Source: a virus
Virus record (IMG/VR): IMGVR_UViG_3300036780_000209
Coordinates: 64,001 to 128,000 of that record
Direction: 5' to 3' (one strand)
Length of the DNA stretch: 64,000 bases
Under the pieces are notes generated by a model. It searched no databases, was not told the DNA's origin, and saw only the letters and a program-made list of their open reading frames with translations. This document shows, piece after piece, positions 17,016-26,336 of the stretch. Made by a program: the position numbers and the translations under genes. The first letter of the stretch is position 1. Every line of letters begins with the position of its first letter.

Positions 17016-19460
17016 CTACCCTGGTCCGGCGACGACGCCGCGCACCTGCATCGTCGGGAAGCCGCGCCAGTTATGCGGGGTAATATATTCGTGGCCTTTC
17101 TTCTGCAATGCCTCCGTAAGGCCGCGCTGGGCACCGGGCGCATAACCGCGCTCCTTCGCCCAGTACTGGTAGGCGGCGAAGATCTCCCCAGCCGACCGGC
17201 CCATGCACTTGGAGGCCCGTGGCAGCCCGGTGTCAAGGCAGTCGGCGATGAACTGGCCGATGACATCCTCTTCCATCCGGTAGGCCTCCTTGGCCTTCTC
17301 CGCATGCGACGGAGTCAGCAGGCCGTCCTCCTGCCAGGACAGCGTCCCGCTGATGATCCAGTTCAGGATCCCCGAGGACTCCTCGCGGATCAGCTTCTCG
17401 GCGAGCAGGCCGTCCCGCTCATGCGGCGGGATGGTCTCGCTCCAGGGGATCAGGTGCACGCGCCGCCAGGTGGCCTCGTCGTCGCTCAGGTGCGGCAGGT
17501 GGTTCGAGGTCAGGTGGATCTTGCCGACGGGCCGGAACTCGAAGAACTCGCCCCTCATGAACCGGGCCGAGACGGTGTCTCCCCCGGTGAGCTGCTTGAC
17601 CCGCTGCTCGTCCAGGCTCTTGCCGGCCTTGGTCTCGCTGGCCTGCAGGTAACGACGGCCGGCCATCCGGGCGATGTCGTTAGGCACCTGCCCGTCAAGC
17701 TGGGTGGACAGGAGCGTCTCCACGGGCACGGTCTGGGCGTAGGTCCCCAGGACATGGCTGATCACGGAGTGGAACACGGACTTGCCGTTGGCCCCGCCGC
17801 CGTAGTGAAGGAAGATCACCTGCTCGGTCATCAGCGCGGTGGCGCTGTAGCCGGTAAGGCGCTGGAGGTAGGCCCGCATGTCGGGATCGGGCTGGACGCG
17901 CCGGAGGAACGCGTCCCATGCCGGGGCCGGAGCCTGGCGGTTGTAGATGCCACGGCACTGCATGGTCATCCGCTGGTCGCAGTCGTGTGCCAGCTTGGCC
18001 CCGTCCGTCAGGTTCACCACCCCGCCCAGCGCGTTGAGCAGCAGGGGCTCCGGGTCGAAGCTCCGCTGGCTGATGCGCATGAGCGGGATGCCCTTCGCGA
18101 GATCGGCTGCCGACCCGATCGCCTTCCGGGTGTGCTGGGACTTCACCCAGTCAAGGAACTGCTGCCGTGGCGACCGGAAGTCCTTGTCGCCCTCGTCCGG
18201 CTCGGTGTCCAGGGCCAGGGCCTCGGTGTTCTCCAGGTTGCGGAACATGACCTGGGCGAACCAGGTGCCTGACTCCTTGAAGTGAGGCTCCCAGACCCCG
18301 CCCTCGTAAGCCATCCACGTGTTGCGCTCCGGGCACCACCGCAGCGTGTCGCCGAAGTGGTCCACCATCCGGTCAGCGTTGCCGAACTCGGTCCAGGCGC
18401 GCAGCGGCCAGGTGGTCCCGTCGATGTTCCACTGGACCTCCCGGGGCCGCAGGAGGCCCTTGCGCCAGCCGGAGTTGAACGTGGGCCGGATCTCGTGGTC
18501 AGACAGGCCGACGGCCAGGGCGGCATCATGCAGGGCCGTCCAGGCCTCCTCCTCGCTGATCATGCCCGCGCCGCCCAGGGTGCCCAGGCGGAAGGCGCAT
18601 TCGTTCAGGCGGTTGTTCCTGTCCCCCGACGGGGCGTTCCTCAGGTCCTCGGCAACGCTCCTGATCGCCGCCTCGCTGTAGCGGCGGTAGTAGCCGACGC
18701 CGGCCCGGGGCTCCGCGCCGGCCGAGATCTCCCCTCGCTGGCCGGTGTCGTGAGTGCGGAGCATCTCGGTGAGCCACGTGGGTGCCTCGGCGATGGGCAG
18801 GTCATGCGCCGGGTTCATCAGGTAGTCGCCCTTGGCCGACCTGGAGGGAGGCGCGACTACCTGGCCGGCCTCGCCCCGGATGTCGAGCCCCTCGCCGAGC
18901 ACCTTCCTGGCCGAGTTGCGCACTTCGAAACCGGGATGGTGGAAGAAGTAGTGCCGCCCCCCGGAACCGGTGATGTGAATCCGGGTCGGCGGGATCTCGC
19001 CGTACCTGGCTTCGTACCTCGCCAGGGTGGCATCTCCGCCATTGTCCGGGTCCACGTCCAGGACGAAGATGTCCGAGCCCTTGCCGGTGGCGATCCCGAG
19101 GTTGGCCAGCGGCCACCATTCCTCCGGGAGCGCCTCGGCCGGCTGCGCCCGCCACCAGAGGACCGCGTCCACCGTGTCGGAAGTGGCGACTCCGGGCCAG
19201 TCCAGGTGGACCGGGTGCTTGCCCGGGCTCGGGCACTCAGCTCCCCGGGGGCACTGGCAGTCGTCACTGTCGGTCACGCCGTAAATCGGCAGCACCCGCC
19301 AGCCGAAGCTCGTGTACCGCTCGGCGGCCTGGCGCAGCTCCTGGCGGCGCTGGTCCTGGTCGGCGGTCAGGTTCCCCGGGTCATTGGCGAAGTTCTCCGC
19401 CACGATGAGTTCAGGAACCCCCTGCGTCTCCTGAACCTCAGGAACCTCAGCGTCAGACAT
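17016..19460 (-). CDS. Bifunctional primase-polymerase fused to D5-like SF3 helicase
   Basis: CQC..C..PGKHP, NLGIATG..FVLDVD, TGSGGRHYFF, LDIRGEAGQVVAPPS, RNNRLN, TEFGNA, Walker A GGGANGKS, KQLTGGDT..ARF, WRR. Confidence 0.93.
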   Translation of the reverse strand: MSDAEVPEVQETQGVPELIVAENFANDPGNLTADQDQRRQELRQAAERYTSFGWRVLPIYGVTDSDDCQCPRGAECPSPGKHPVHLDWPGVATSDTVDAVLWWRAQPAEALPEEWWPLANLGIATGKGSDIFVLDVDPDNGGDATLARYEARYGEIPPTRIHITGSGGRHYFFHHPGFEVRNSARKVLGEGLDIRGEAGQVVAPPSRSAKGDYLMNPAHDLPIAEAPTWLTEMLRTHDTGQRGEISAGAEPRAGVGYYRRYSEAAIRSVAEDLRNAPSGDRNNRLNECAFRLGTLGGAGMISEEEAWTALHDAALAVGLSDHEIRPTFNSGWRKGLLRPREVQWNIDGTTWPLRAWTEFGNADRMVDHFGDTLRWCPERNTWMAYEGGVWEPHFKESGTWFAQVMFRNLENTEALALDTEPDEGDKDFRSPRQQFLDWVKSQHTRKAIGSAADLAKGIPLMRISQRSFDPEPLLLNALGGVVNLTDGAKLAHDCDQRMTMQCRGIYNRQAPAPAWDAFLRRVQPDPDMRAYLQRLTGYSATALMTEQVIFLHYGGGANGKSVFHSVISHVLGTYAQTVPVETLLSTQLDGQVPNDIARMAGRRYLQASETKAGKSLDEQRVKQLTGGDTVSARFMRGEFFEFRPVGKIHLTSNHLPHLSDDEATWRRVHLIPWSETIPPHERDGLLAEKLIREESSGILNWIISGTLSWQEDGLLTPSHAEKAKEAYRMEEDVIGQFIADCLDTGLPRASKCMGRSAGEIFAAYQYWAKERGYAPGAQRGLTEALQKKGHEYITPHNWRGFPTMQVRGVVAGPG

Positions 19461-19498
19461 GCGGCTACCCCTCTCCTTGCCAGCGAAGAAAAACAGGC

Positions 19499-19870
19499 TC
19501 AGCCGCAGAGCTGCCCGAGAATAGCCCGGGCGAAGAACTCATCGTTGCTCTCGGAAAACCTGCGGATAGTAATGGGAGCGCCCATCCAGCGCCCCGAGTG
19601 AACTTCGTAAGCTGCCCGGGCAATCATTACGCCATCAGCACCGAACCGGCTCAGGAATTCACTCGCGATCTTCTCTTCCCTATTGCAGGGAACCTGCGGC
19701 CCGCACAGCCGCGAAGTTTCCTCCCGGATAAAGAAAAGAAGATCTGCGGCAGACCATTCGCTGCCGTCAAGCTGGGCCAGATCCGCGACGCGGTCGCTGA
19801 CCGGGGTGATGACGAGTGAATCCGCGATAGCGACAGCGGGCTCGCCCTGGAGAAGACGGGACTCGGGCAC
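19499..19870 (-). CDS. Hypothetical phage protein
   Basis: SD GGAGG; single ORF in the gap. Confidence 0.6.
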   Translation of the reverse strand: MPESRLLQGEPAVAIADSLVITPVSDRVADLAQLDGSEWSAADLLFFIREETSRLCGPQVPCNREEKIASEFLSRFGADGVMIARAAYEVHSGRWMGAPITIRRFSESNDEFFARAILGQLCG

Positions 19871-19979
19871 CTACACCTCCGGGGCAGCAGCTACAGGGCT
19901 CGTAAGCAGGGAAGACCGGGCACCCGGAGGCTATCTCGTCAACCCGTGAGGGGGAGACTAAGCCCCCGGCGCACCGGAG

Positions 19980-20837
19980 TCAAGCGTACTTCCGCCACAG
20001 CCTTCCCTCGTCCATCCTGGCCAGGAGAGACGCCATCTCGAAGCGCCTCAGGAAATCCCCCAGCTCGGGCCGGTCAGCCGCCGGATCCCACTTCAATGCG
20101 TCATCAATGTCCTCTGGAAGACCATCCGCATTCCAGAAGTCAAGGTTCATGACGGAATAGTAAATGGCCGCATTACCCCTGGCCTCCAGCCCGAGCGGAA
20201 GATTGCTTATCCTCCAGTCAGCTTCTCCCAGCAGCTTCCAGGCTTTCTTCGGTCCTATCCCCGGCACCCCCGGGATCCCGTCGCTCTTGTCCCCGGAGAG
20301 AGCGCGCAGCACCGGTACCTGGGGCGGCTCGCAGCCGTAATGGGAGCGCACCTTCTCCAGGTCCCAGGCTGACCCGTCATTCCAGGAGGAGATCACCGTC
20401 GTGCTGCCGTCCACGAGCTGGTGCAGGTCATGATCGTCAGTGAAGACGAAGACCCGTGCCCCGGGCATTTCCCTGCGGACCCTGCGCCAGATGGTGGCAA
20501 TCACGTCATCTGCCTCGAATGAGTCAGATGAATGCTGGAAAATCCCGGCGGCCGAGCAGGCCTCCCGGGCCAGGTCGAACTGACGGCCGCCGGAGAAGGG
20601 CTCGCGCCCGGCCTTGTAGCCCGGGAATATCTCAGTGCGGTCCCGACGGCCGTGAAATCCGTCCCAGGCCACCGCGACGTGGGACGGCGAGAACTCCCTC
20701 AGGCGGCGGCTCAGCGAGTTCAGGAAGAAGTAGAGCGGGCCGGTGGGTACTCCCCCGGCCCGCAGCGGCGAGGCCGCTCCTACCTTGCAGCAGCGCACGA
20801 GCAGGCCGGTGCCGTCGAACAGCGCCACTGTCTGCAT
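19980..20837 (-). CDS. 5'-3' exonuclease / flap endonuclease (Pol I N-terminal type)
   Basis: LFDG, VAWDG, YKAGR, EADDVIAT, DHDLHQL, GDKSDGIPGVPGIGPKKA. Confidence 0.93.
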   Translation of the reverse strand: MQTVALFDGTGLLVRCCKVGAASPLRAGGVPTGPLYFFLNSLSRRLREFSPSHVAVAWDGFHGRRDRTEIFPGYKAGREPFSGGRQFDLAREACSAAGIFQHSSDSFEADDVIATIWRRVRREMPGARVFVFTDDHDLHQLVDGSTTVISSWNDGSAWDLEKVRSHYGCEPPQVPVLRALSGDKSDGIPGVPGIGPKKAWKLLGEADWRISNLPLGLEARGNAAIYYSVMNLDFWNADGLPEDIDDALKWDPAADRPELGDFLRRFEMASLLARMDEGRLWRKYA

Positions 20838-21302
20838 CTAACCCTCCAGGATGTGCCACAGGCGGGCTTCCCACTTCACGAGCTGGATCGCGGCGCGGAG
20901 CTTCTCCTCGGAGATCGAGCCGAAGGAGAACAGGCTGTAGGCCATCGGCTCGATGTCGGCCAGGGTGAAGAACCGCGCTGACAGGTCATTCTCCCGGGCC
21001 TCGGCCGGCTTGCCGTAAGACGCCTGGCGGCTGAACTCCATGCGCTGGCCGTTCAGGACGAAATAGGTGTCCGGGTGGTCCTTGTCTGGCTTCATCTTGA
21101 GCCGCAGCCAGGACCCGCTGTAGCCGAAGAATACCCTGGCCACCTGCTCGACCGTGAAGATGAGCTTGGGCCGCCCGTTCTTGTCGAGCAGGATCATGTC
21201 GGGCATCACCCAGAAAAGGCGATCGGCAGGTGCCAGGCTCCCGGAAGCCCCGGCCTCGGCGGTCTCGGTCTCAGCCCCGGCGACTACCTCGGTGTCGGTC
21301 AT
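20838..21302 (-). CDS. MerR/excisionase-like HTH DNA-binding protein
   Basis: FTVEQVARVFFGYSGSWLR..RFFTLADIE. Confidence 0.65.
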   Translation of the reverse strand: MTDTEVVAGAETETAEAGASGSLAPADRLFWVMPDMILLDKNGRPKLIFTVEQVARVFFGYSGSWLRLKMKPDKDHPDTYFVLNGQRMEFSRQASYGKPAEARENDLSARFFTLADIEPMAYSLFSFGSISEEKLRAAIQLVKWEARLWHILEG

Positions 21303-21327
21303 GTCGGTCCTCTCCTGGTAAAGCGGA

Positions 21328-21359
21328 CTGGCCGCACGGGCGGATTCCCGTGCGGCCAG
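21328..21359 (-). terminator. Perfect 13-bp hairpin between genes (terminator/attenuator or processing site)
   Basis: CTGGCCGCACGGG-N6-CCCGTGCGGCCAG; only a short T run follows. Confidence 0.5.
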
Positions 21360-21380
21360 CTTCCCGCTCTGTCATTTCCC

Positions 21381-22130
21381 TTACCGCACGGGCAGGGTGA
21401 GCTGCGAGTTGGGCTCCTCGCGGGTGGTGAGCGCCCGCAGGATGGCCGGCCCGCGCTCCGGGTTCTTGCGGATGAAGGTCATCATCTTGCCAGAGTCGAA
21501 CGGGCGGTCAGCGCGGGTAATGCCCAGGTACTCGCGCTGGGTGATCACGTCCTGGTCCCGCAGGTCGCGCAGGAGCTGGCCGCTCGGGCTGACCTTGACG
21601 CCGCCGCTGACGTAGATCTGCTTCCACCCGGTCGTGAAGCCCTTCACGATGACCTCGGCTGCCTTCTGGGCCGACGCCAGGAGATAGTGGCCCTTGAGGT
21701 TGCGCTGGGTGGCGGAGACGCCCCGGCGCGACTTCGAGATAGCGGCAGCCGTCTCCTCGGCATCCACGTCCATGTGGACGCGCATCATCTCGCGGAGGTA
21801 CTCCACCCTGGCCTTGAGGATCTTCTCCAGCACGGACAGGACGACCGCCTCGTCCGAGGCCCTCTCGACCTCCTCTGCCGTCAGCGACCGGCGGTCCTTG
21901 ATGCTGACGCTCCCGAAGACCTGCTCCACCCGGGCCAGGGCATCCCGGGCAGCCGGGGTAAGCTCCACGTCCTTCGGCAGGCCGGGGAACGGCCTCGCAG
22001 CCGTCTCGTCAGCGGAGATCGCCGGAACGAGGAGGAGGGCCAGCCCCTCCATCGTGAGGGATTCATCGTGCTGGGCCAGGGCGATGATCCCGGCGGCAAC
22101 GGGAGCAAGCTCAGTGGTGGTGGTCGTCAT
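21381..22130 (-). CDS. Hypothetical protein, first gene of the early/replication operon
   Basis: SD GGAGGAG, strong codon bias, directly behind a sigma70-type promoter. Confidence 0.75.
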   Translation of the reverse strand: MTTTTTELAPVAAGIIALAQHDESLTMEGLALLLVPAISADETAARPFPGLPKDVELTPAARDALARVEQVFGSVSIKDRRSLTAEEVERASDEAVVLSVLEKILKARVEYLREMMRVHMDVDAEETAAAISKSRRGVSATQRNLKGHYLLASAQKAAEVIVKGFTTGWKQIYVSGGVKVSPSGQLLRDLRDQDVITQREYLGITRADRPFDSGKMMTFIRKNPERGPAILRALTTREEPNSQLTLPVR

Positions 22131-22157
22131 GTGGTCTCCTCCGGGTTGGCTGAGACA

Positions 22158-22187
22158 AGATTATCAAGAAACCTTGCAATCAGTCAA
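22158..22187 (-). promoter_or_regulatory. Sigma70-type promoter with palindromic operator in the spacer
   Basis: TTGACT-N18-TAATCT with CAAGGTTTCTTG at 22165-22176. Confidence 0.75.
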
Positions 22188-22192
22188 CACTA

Positions 22193-22216
22193 AGGCCGGG
22201 CTCGGAAGCCCGGCCT
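22193..22216 (-). terminator. Hairpin after the holin gene
   Basis: AGGCCGGGCT-N4-AGCCCGGCCT. Confidence 0.55.
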
Positions 22217-22288
22217 CAGCGCCATCTCGAAGGAGGCCCGCCCGGAGTCGGAACCCGGCCGGACAAGGTTCAGTATAAGGAACCTTGC

Positions 22289-22654
22289 TCAGGCAAGCGA
22301 GGTGGGGTTGTCCTTCGCGTGCCCGGGACGCGTCCGTGGCGCTCCCAGGCCGCCCGGGAATTTCGTCATGATGAGCCCTCCCGACCCGGTGAGCCCCAGG
22401 GGCTTGAGCAGCCCGGAATGCATGACGGCCGCGATGGTGAAGGAGATCAGCGTCCAGATCCCGGCCTGCGTGAAGGTGACGCTGCCCCCGCTCTGGATGA
22501 GGGCATTGGCAATTCCGGCGACCACGGAAAGCCCGGCGAGGATCAGCGTCTTCACCCGCGCCGAGGCTGCCTGGTGCGCCAGGAAGGCCGTGAGGGCCGG
22601 CAGCGCGGTGGAGATCAGGAAGTTCAGGTAGAGAAGCGGAATATGAATTGTCAT
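22289..22654 (-). CDS. Holin (three hydrophobic segments)
   Basis: LISTALPALTAFL..VKTLILAGLSVVAG..WTLISFTIAAVMHSGLLKPLGLTG, actinophage holin-like pattern; near the endolysin. Confidence 0.75.
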   Translation of the reverse strand: MTIHIPLLYLNFLISTALPALTAFLAHQAASARVKTLILAGLSVVAGIANALIQSGGSVTFTQAGIWTLISFTIAAVMHSGLLKPLGLTGSGGLIMTKFPGGLGAPRTRPGHAKDNPTSLA

Positions 22655-24513
22655 TAATCAAATGTCCCGTCTTCGAGATCCTGCGTGACCACGTAGGATT
22701 CTGCCACATGCGACTCGCGAATATCCATGAGCCGCTTTTCCGAAATAGCCTCCCAGGTGACCCGCGCATTTCCGGTGATCGTGATCCGCTGCTCCGGCGG
22801 CGTGACCGAGCCCCCTGCGGCAAGGGTCCCCTGAGCGATCAGCGCAGCCGATGCTGCGGCCGTCGCGAAGGCCGAGGCGGCCAGGGTGCCCGTGCCGGAC
22901 AGGTGCACCGCGACGGAGTCGATCGCCGAGGCGGTGAGGGTCCCGGTACCGGACAATGCGGCGGCACCCAGCCTGGTGACCGTTCCGGCAGCCGTCATCG
23001 TGGCAGCGGCCGACAGGGCGGCGGCGGCCGTCTCCGTCACCAGGGCACCGGCTGCCAGCGTTCCCGTGCCGCTCAGGGCCGCCGATGCCAGGACCGTGCG
23101 GACGGCCGTGACGGTGAGGGTCCCGGTGCCGCTGAGCGCCGCCGACGTGACCTCGGTCACCACGGCGCTGAGCGTCAGGGTACCGGTGCCGCTGAGGGCA
23201 GCCGAGGCCTGCCAGGTGATCTTCGCCACCGGCACCTGGAAGATCCGCTGCCGTCGGCGCGGGGATGCGAACCGGCGCAGCGGGGGCGCGGCGGCCTGCC
23301 GGGTCCACAGCGGGAACTGAGCGCCCTGGTTCGCCTGGGGACGCACCGGGACGGCCGTCCTGGCGCGAGCTGCGCGCTTGCCGAGCTGGAACGCCTGGCG
23401 GAGGCGCTGCGGCTCGTACTGCAGGTTGAGCGGGAACCCCTGGGCTCCCTGCGGGGGGACCGGGAGGAAGACCCGGCCGCGCCGCGTGAACAGGATGCCC
23501 GGCCGCCTGAACGGCGAGCGTCGCGTGAATAGAGGGAAGGCCGTGCCCTGGCCGGCCTGCGGGAAAGGCGGCCCGAAAACCCGGGTGCGGCGGATGTAGG
23601 GAACCGCCACCCGCTGCCTGGCGCTGCGCCGGATGAAGGCCGGGAAGGACCGCGCCTGCTGGCCCTGGCCCCACGGAGGCTGGGCGAACCGGGTGCGGAT
23701 GATGGCCTTCGGCCACTGCGGCTGCCTGCGGCGGAAGTTCTGGCGAGCCGCGATGCGCCCTTCTGGAAGAGGCCCCTGCCCGGGCGGCGCGATGAAGTAG
23801 CGCCCCCTGCGCAGCCGGGGGGCGAGCCGCCGGGCACCAGCCGAGCGGAAGGCTCCCCAGGAGACGGGATTGGCGACGGCCAGGCCGAGAAGCAGAGCCG
23901 CGCTGAACTGGTTCTGGCTAGTGGTGCCGGCTGCCGTGTGGGGTCCGGTCGCGGCGGCGACCTTGTCTCCCAGCATGATGCCGACGTTGTTCCCGCTGGC
24001 GGTGCCCGTGCTCTGGGCGACCCTGGAGGCGAAGCCGGCGGCCACCGTCATGACCGGGGTGCCGCCCCCGGACGGATCCTGTACCGACCCGAACCACAGG
24101 AGCTGAGAGTTCGGGTACAGCGTCTGCATGGTCTGCGGGGTGACTGACCCGGAGATCCCGTTGACCTGACCGCTGTACGCCTGGTCATCGAACAGGATGA
24201 TCTGGTCCACGTTCCCGTAGGAGCAGATCACCAGGCCCGCGTTGGTGACCCCGGAGGAGCTGACTGCGTACGTGGACGGCTCGGAGCCGTTGTCGAGCTT
24301 CCACAGGAGCTGGGCGGACATGCCGCTGCCCGAGGCGGGGGCAACGGCGTTGAAGCCCGGGGCGGACCAGGTAATCCCGTTATCCGGAGACGTGTTCCAG
24401 ATGAGGATGAGGTCGCTCTCAAGCGACCCGGCCGGGTGCCCGGCAGTGAGCGACGTGCCAGGTGCCGAGGCGACGACGGCAGCCGACCCCGAGCGGAGAA
24501 TGGGGTTGCCCAA
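22654..24513 (-). CDS. Virion fibre/decoration-like protein: N-terminal beta domain, Arg/Pro-rich repeats, AALSGTGTLT repeats
   Basis: About 8 tandem ~19-aa S/A-AALSGTGTLT-A units; five or six RR-x-RVF-xPP-xQG-xxFP units; TTG start with SD GGAGGT. Confidence 0.7.
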   Translation of the reverse strand: MGNPILRSGSAAVVASAPGTSLTAGHPAGSLESDLILIWNTSPDNGITWSAPGFNAVAPASGSGMSAQLLWKLDNGSEPSTYAVSSSGVTNAGLVICSYGNVDQIILFDDQAYSGQVNGISGSVTPQTMQTLYPNSQLLWFGSVQDPSGGGTPVMTVAAGFASRVAQSTGTASGNNVGIMLGDKVAAATGPHTAAGTTSQNQFSAALLLGLAVANPVSWGAFRSAGARRLAPRLRRGRYFIAPPGQGPLPEGRIAARQNFRRRQPQWPKAIIRTRFAQPPWGQGQQARSFPAFIRRSARQRVAVPYIRRTRVFGPPFPQAGQGTAFPLFTRRSPFRRPGILFTRRGRVFLPVPPQGAQGFPLNLQYEPQRLRQAFQLGKRAARARTAVPVRPQANQGAQFPLWTRQAAAPPLRRFASPRRRQRIFQVPVAKITWQASAALSGTGTLTLSAVVTEVTSAALSGTGTLTVTAVRTVLASAALSGTGTLAAGALVTETAAAALSAAATMTAAGTVTRLGAAALSGTGTLTASAIDSVAVHLSGTGTLAASAFATAAASAALIAQGTLAAGGSVTPPEQRITITGNARVTWEAISEKRLMDIRESHVAESYVVTQDLEDGTFD

Positions 24514-24576
24514 TTCAGTGACCTCCGCTCGTTACCCCGGCTCCTGTCCCTTCCCGGGCCTGCCCGGGAATGCGGA

Positions 24577-24609
24577 AGCCCCGCGCCTGCCCGTACCAGG
24601 CGCGGGGCT
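24577..24609 (-). terminator. 13-bp hairpin after the 24639 gene
   Basis: AGCCCCGCGCCTG-N7-CAGGCGCGGGGCT. Confidence 0.5.
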
Positions 24610-24638
24610 CCGAAGGTGAGCGGCCCGAGGGCCTCAGC

Positions 24639-25145
24639 TCACTCTTCCCAGCCGACCGTCAGGGTGTACAGGTGAGCGGTGGGCAGTGCGTTGCCGATAT
24701 TGAAGAAGGCGATTCCGTTGGCGTTGGATGCGGCTGAGGGGATCAGCAGCTCCTCCAGAAGCTCATACGGAAGGTCAACCGCCGCCTGGGTGTTGAAGCT
24801 GACCTCGTACAGGTACGGGGCCGTCCAGGTGGCGGTGGGGACGGTGGACCAGGCGGTGTCCAGGCCCGCAGCCGAGGCTGCGGCAGACGTGCCGGGGTCC
24901 AGGGGCTTGCCGGTGCTGGTGCCGGTGGAGGTACCGCGAGCCGTAGTGCGGACCATGCCGACAGTCACCTGCTGGGAGGTCGGGGCACCGGTACCGGCCC
25001 GCACGCCGAGGGTCACCCGGCGGAGCTTGACGGTAAGGGAGGTACTCCCGGCCAGTGCGCCGAAGAGGGCGTTCGCGGTAGCGCCGGAAGGCGCGGTCGC
25101 GTTCAGCGCGGTAGCTGACTCGACGGTGGCGTAGTAGCGGGCCAA
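24639..25145 (-). CDS. Small virion-type beta protein (A/T/G-rich)
   Basis: SD AGGAG + TTG; composition; C-terminal LTVGWEE. Confidence 0.7.
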   Translation of the reverse strand: MARYYATVESATALNATAPSGATANALFGALAGSTSLTVKLRRVTLGVRAGTGAPTSQQVTVGMVRTTARGTSTGTSTGKPLDPGTSAAASAAGLDTAWSTVPTATWTAPYLYEVSFNTQAAVDLPYELLEELLIPSAASNANGIAFFNIGNALPTAHLYTLTVGWEE

Positions 25146-25231
25146 GGCCGTGCTCCTGACTGAAAGGAAACTGCTGTCACTGGTTCCCCGCCTGCTGGCA
25201 CCCCCCGACAGTGAGGCGTAATATCTCTCTC

Positions 25232-25519
25232 ATGCTGGTATCCGGGGCATCTGCCGCCCTGCGGGCCGCCGCGTTCGTCAGCGCCGCACGCCGCACCAGC
25301 TACTTCCCCCGCTGCTCGCACGGGCACGTGCTGAGCCCGGCCAACGTGTACGTGACCCCGGGAGGACGCGCCCAGTGCCGGGCCTGCCGCCGGGGGAGCG
25401 TGCGGAGATGGGAGAGGGCGCACCCGGAAGACGCCCGGGAGCAGAAGGCCGCCCGGCAGCGCGAGCGCCGGGCGGCCTTGCGTCAGAGCACGGAAGTCGA
25501 GCAGGTGGCCAGGATCTGA
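25232..25519 (+). CDS. Stand-alone Zn-binding module of the type found at the C-terminus of actinophage HNH endonucleases
   Basis: CSHGHVLSPANVYVTPGGRAQCRACRR; TAATAT 7 nt before ATG 25232; no HNH core. Confidence 0.6.
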   Translation: MLVSGASAALRAAAFVSAARRTSYFPRCSHGHVLSPANVYVTPGGRAQCRACRRGSVRRWERAHPEDAREQKAARQRERRAALRQSTEVEQVARI

Positions 25520-26307
25520 GCCTTGCTCAGGGTGTAGGTCGTGTCGGCAAAGCCGTAGTTCGTGGTACCCGAGGCGGCGTTCGTGCCGGTGCCCAGGTTG
25601 CACTCGGCCTGCTCGGCCAGGGTGTACCCGGACAGCACCAGGCTCGTGTCCGCCGGGACGTAGCTCAGGCCGGTCCACAGGGCGGTATCCGAGACGAACA
25701 CCGCCATCGAGCCCGTGCCGCTGAACGCGACCGCCGCGCTGGCGGTGTTCACGGCCGAAGCGGTCAGGGTTGCCGTGGCGGACAGCAGCGGGCTCGTGGG
25801 CCTGAGGATGCCGCCGCCGCTGATGAACACCCGGGTGCGGTCGCGCAGCACCCGGTGGTAGGCGGCAGCGTACCGGCGCTCGGCCTTGAAGGCCGGGGTG
25901 CCGAAGATCACGCCGCCGGGCACCGGGGGCAGCGGGGCGGCGAACGCCTGGTGGAACGCCTTCGAGCGCTGGACGAGACGGCGAACGTACGTGCTTCCCA
26001 GGCGGCGGCTCACGAAGAGCGCCCCGGTGGTGACCTGGTTGCCCGGGAGCTTCGGCGGCTGCCATCCCTGGGGCGGGAAGAACTTCGCCCGGATACGGGC
26101 CTGGCGCAGGTAGTGAACCGGGTAGCGCCGGTTGGCCTCGAAGGAGGGACCGCCGAAGGAGACCCCGCCGGGACCTGGGGCAGCCGGGGAGACCGGAGGA
26201 GCCGCGAAGATCCGCTGCCGGGACGCGGTTACCCTGTTGCGCTCGGTAGCCGGGTACCGGGCGCTCAGGTTCCTCCTGGCCGCCCCGTTGATGTCCGCTG
26301 TCGCCAT
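25483..26307 (-). CDS. Arg/Pro-rich repeat protein with LSATATLT/FSGTGSM strands
   Basis: Internal duplication FAAP..PGGVxFGxPxFxAxRRY. Confidence 0.65.
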   Translation of the reverse strand: MATADINGAARRNLSARYPATERNRVTASRQRIFAAPPVSPAAPGPGGVSFGGPSFEANRRYPVHYLRQARIRAKFFPPQGWQPPKLPGNQVTTGALFVSRRLGSTYVRRLVQRSKAFHQAFAAPLPPVPGGVIFGTPAFKAERRYAAAYHRVLRDRTRVFISGGGILRPTSPLLSATATLTASAVNTASAAVAFSGTGSMAVFVSDTALWTGLSYVPADTSLVLSGYTLAEQAECNLGTGTNAASGTTNYGFADTTYTLSKAQILATCSTSVL

Positions 26308-26336
26308 GATGGCCGCCCTAGGTCAGAGGACCGGGA

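Noticed and set aside
2375-19460. Inteins or introns in terL, recA, dnaE or primase
   Set aside because: Lengths are ordinary, motifs are contiguous, and no C...HN-C/S/T splice signatures were seen.
22185-22262. Operator palindrome as a host LexA SOS box
   Set aside because: Does not match the actinobacterial TCGAAC-N4-GTTCGA consensus.
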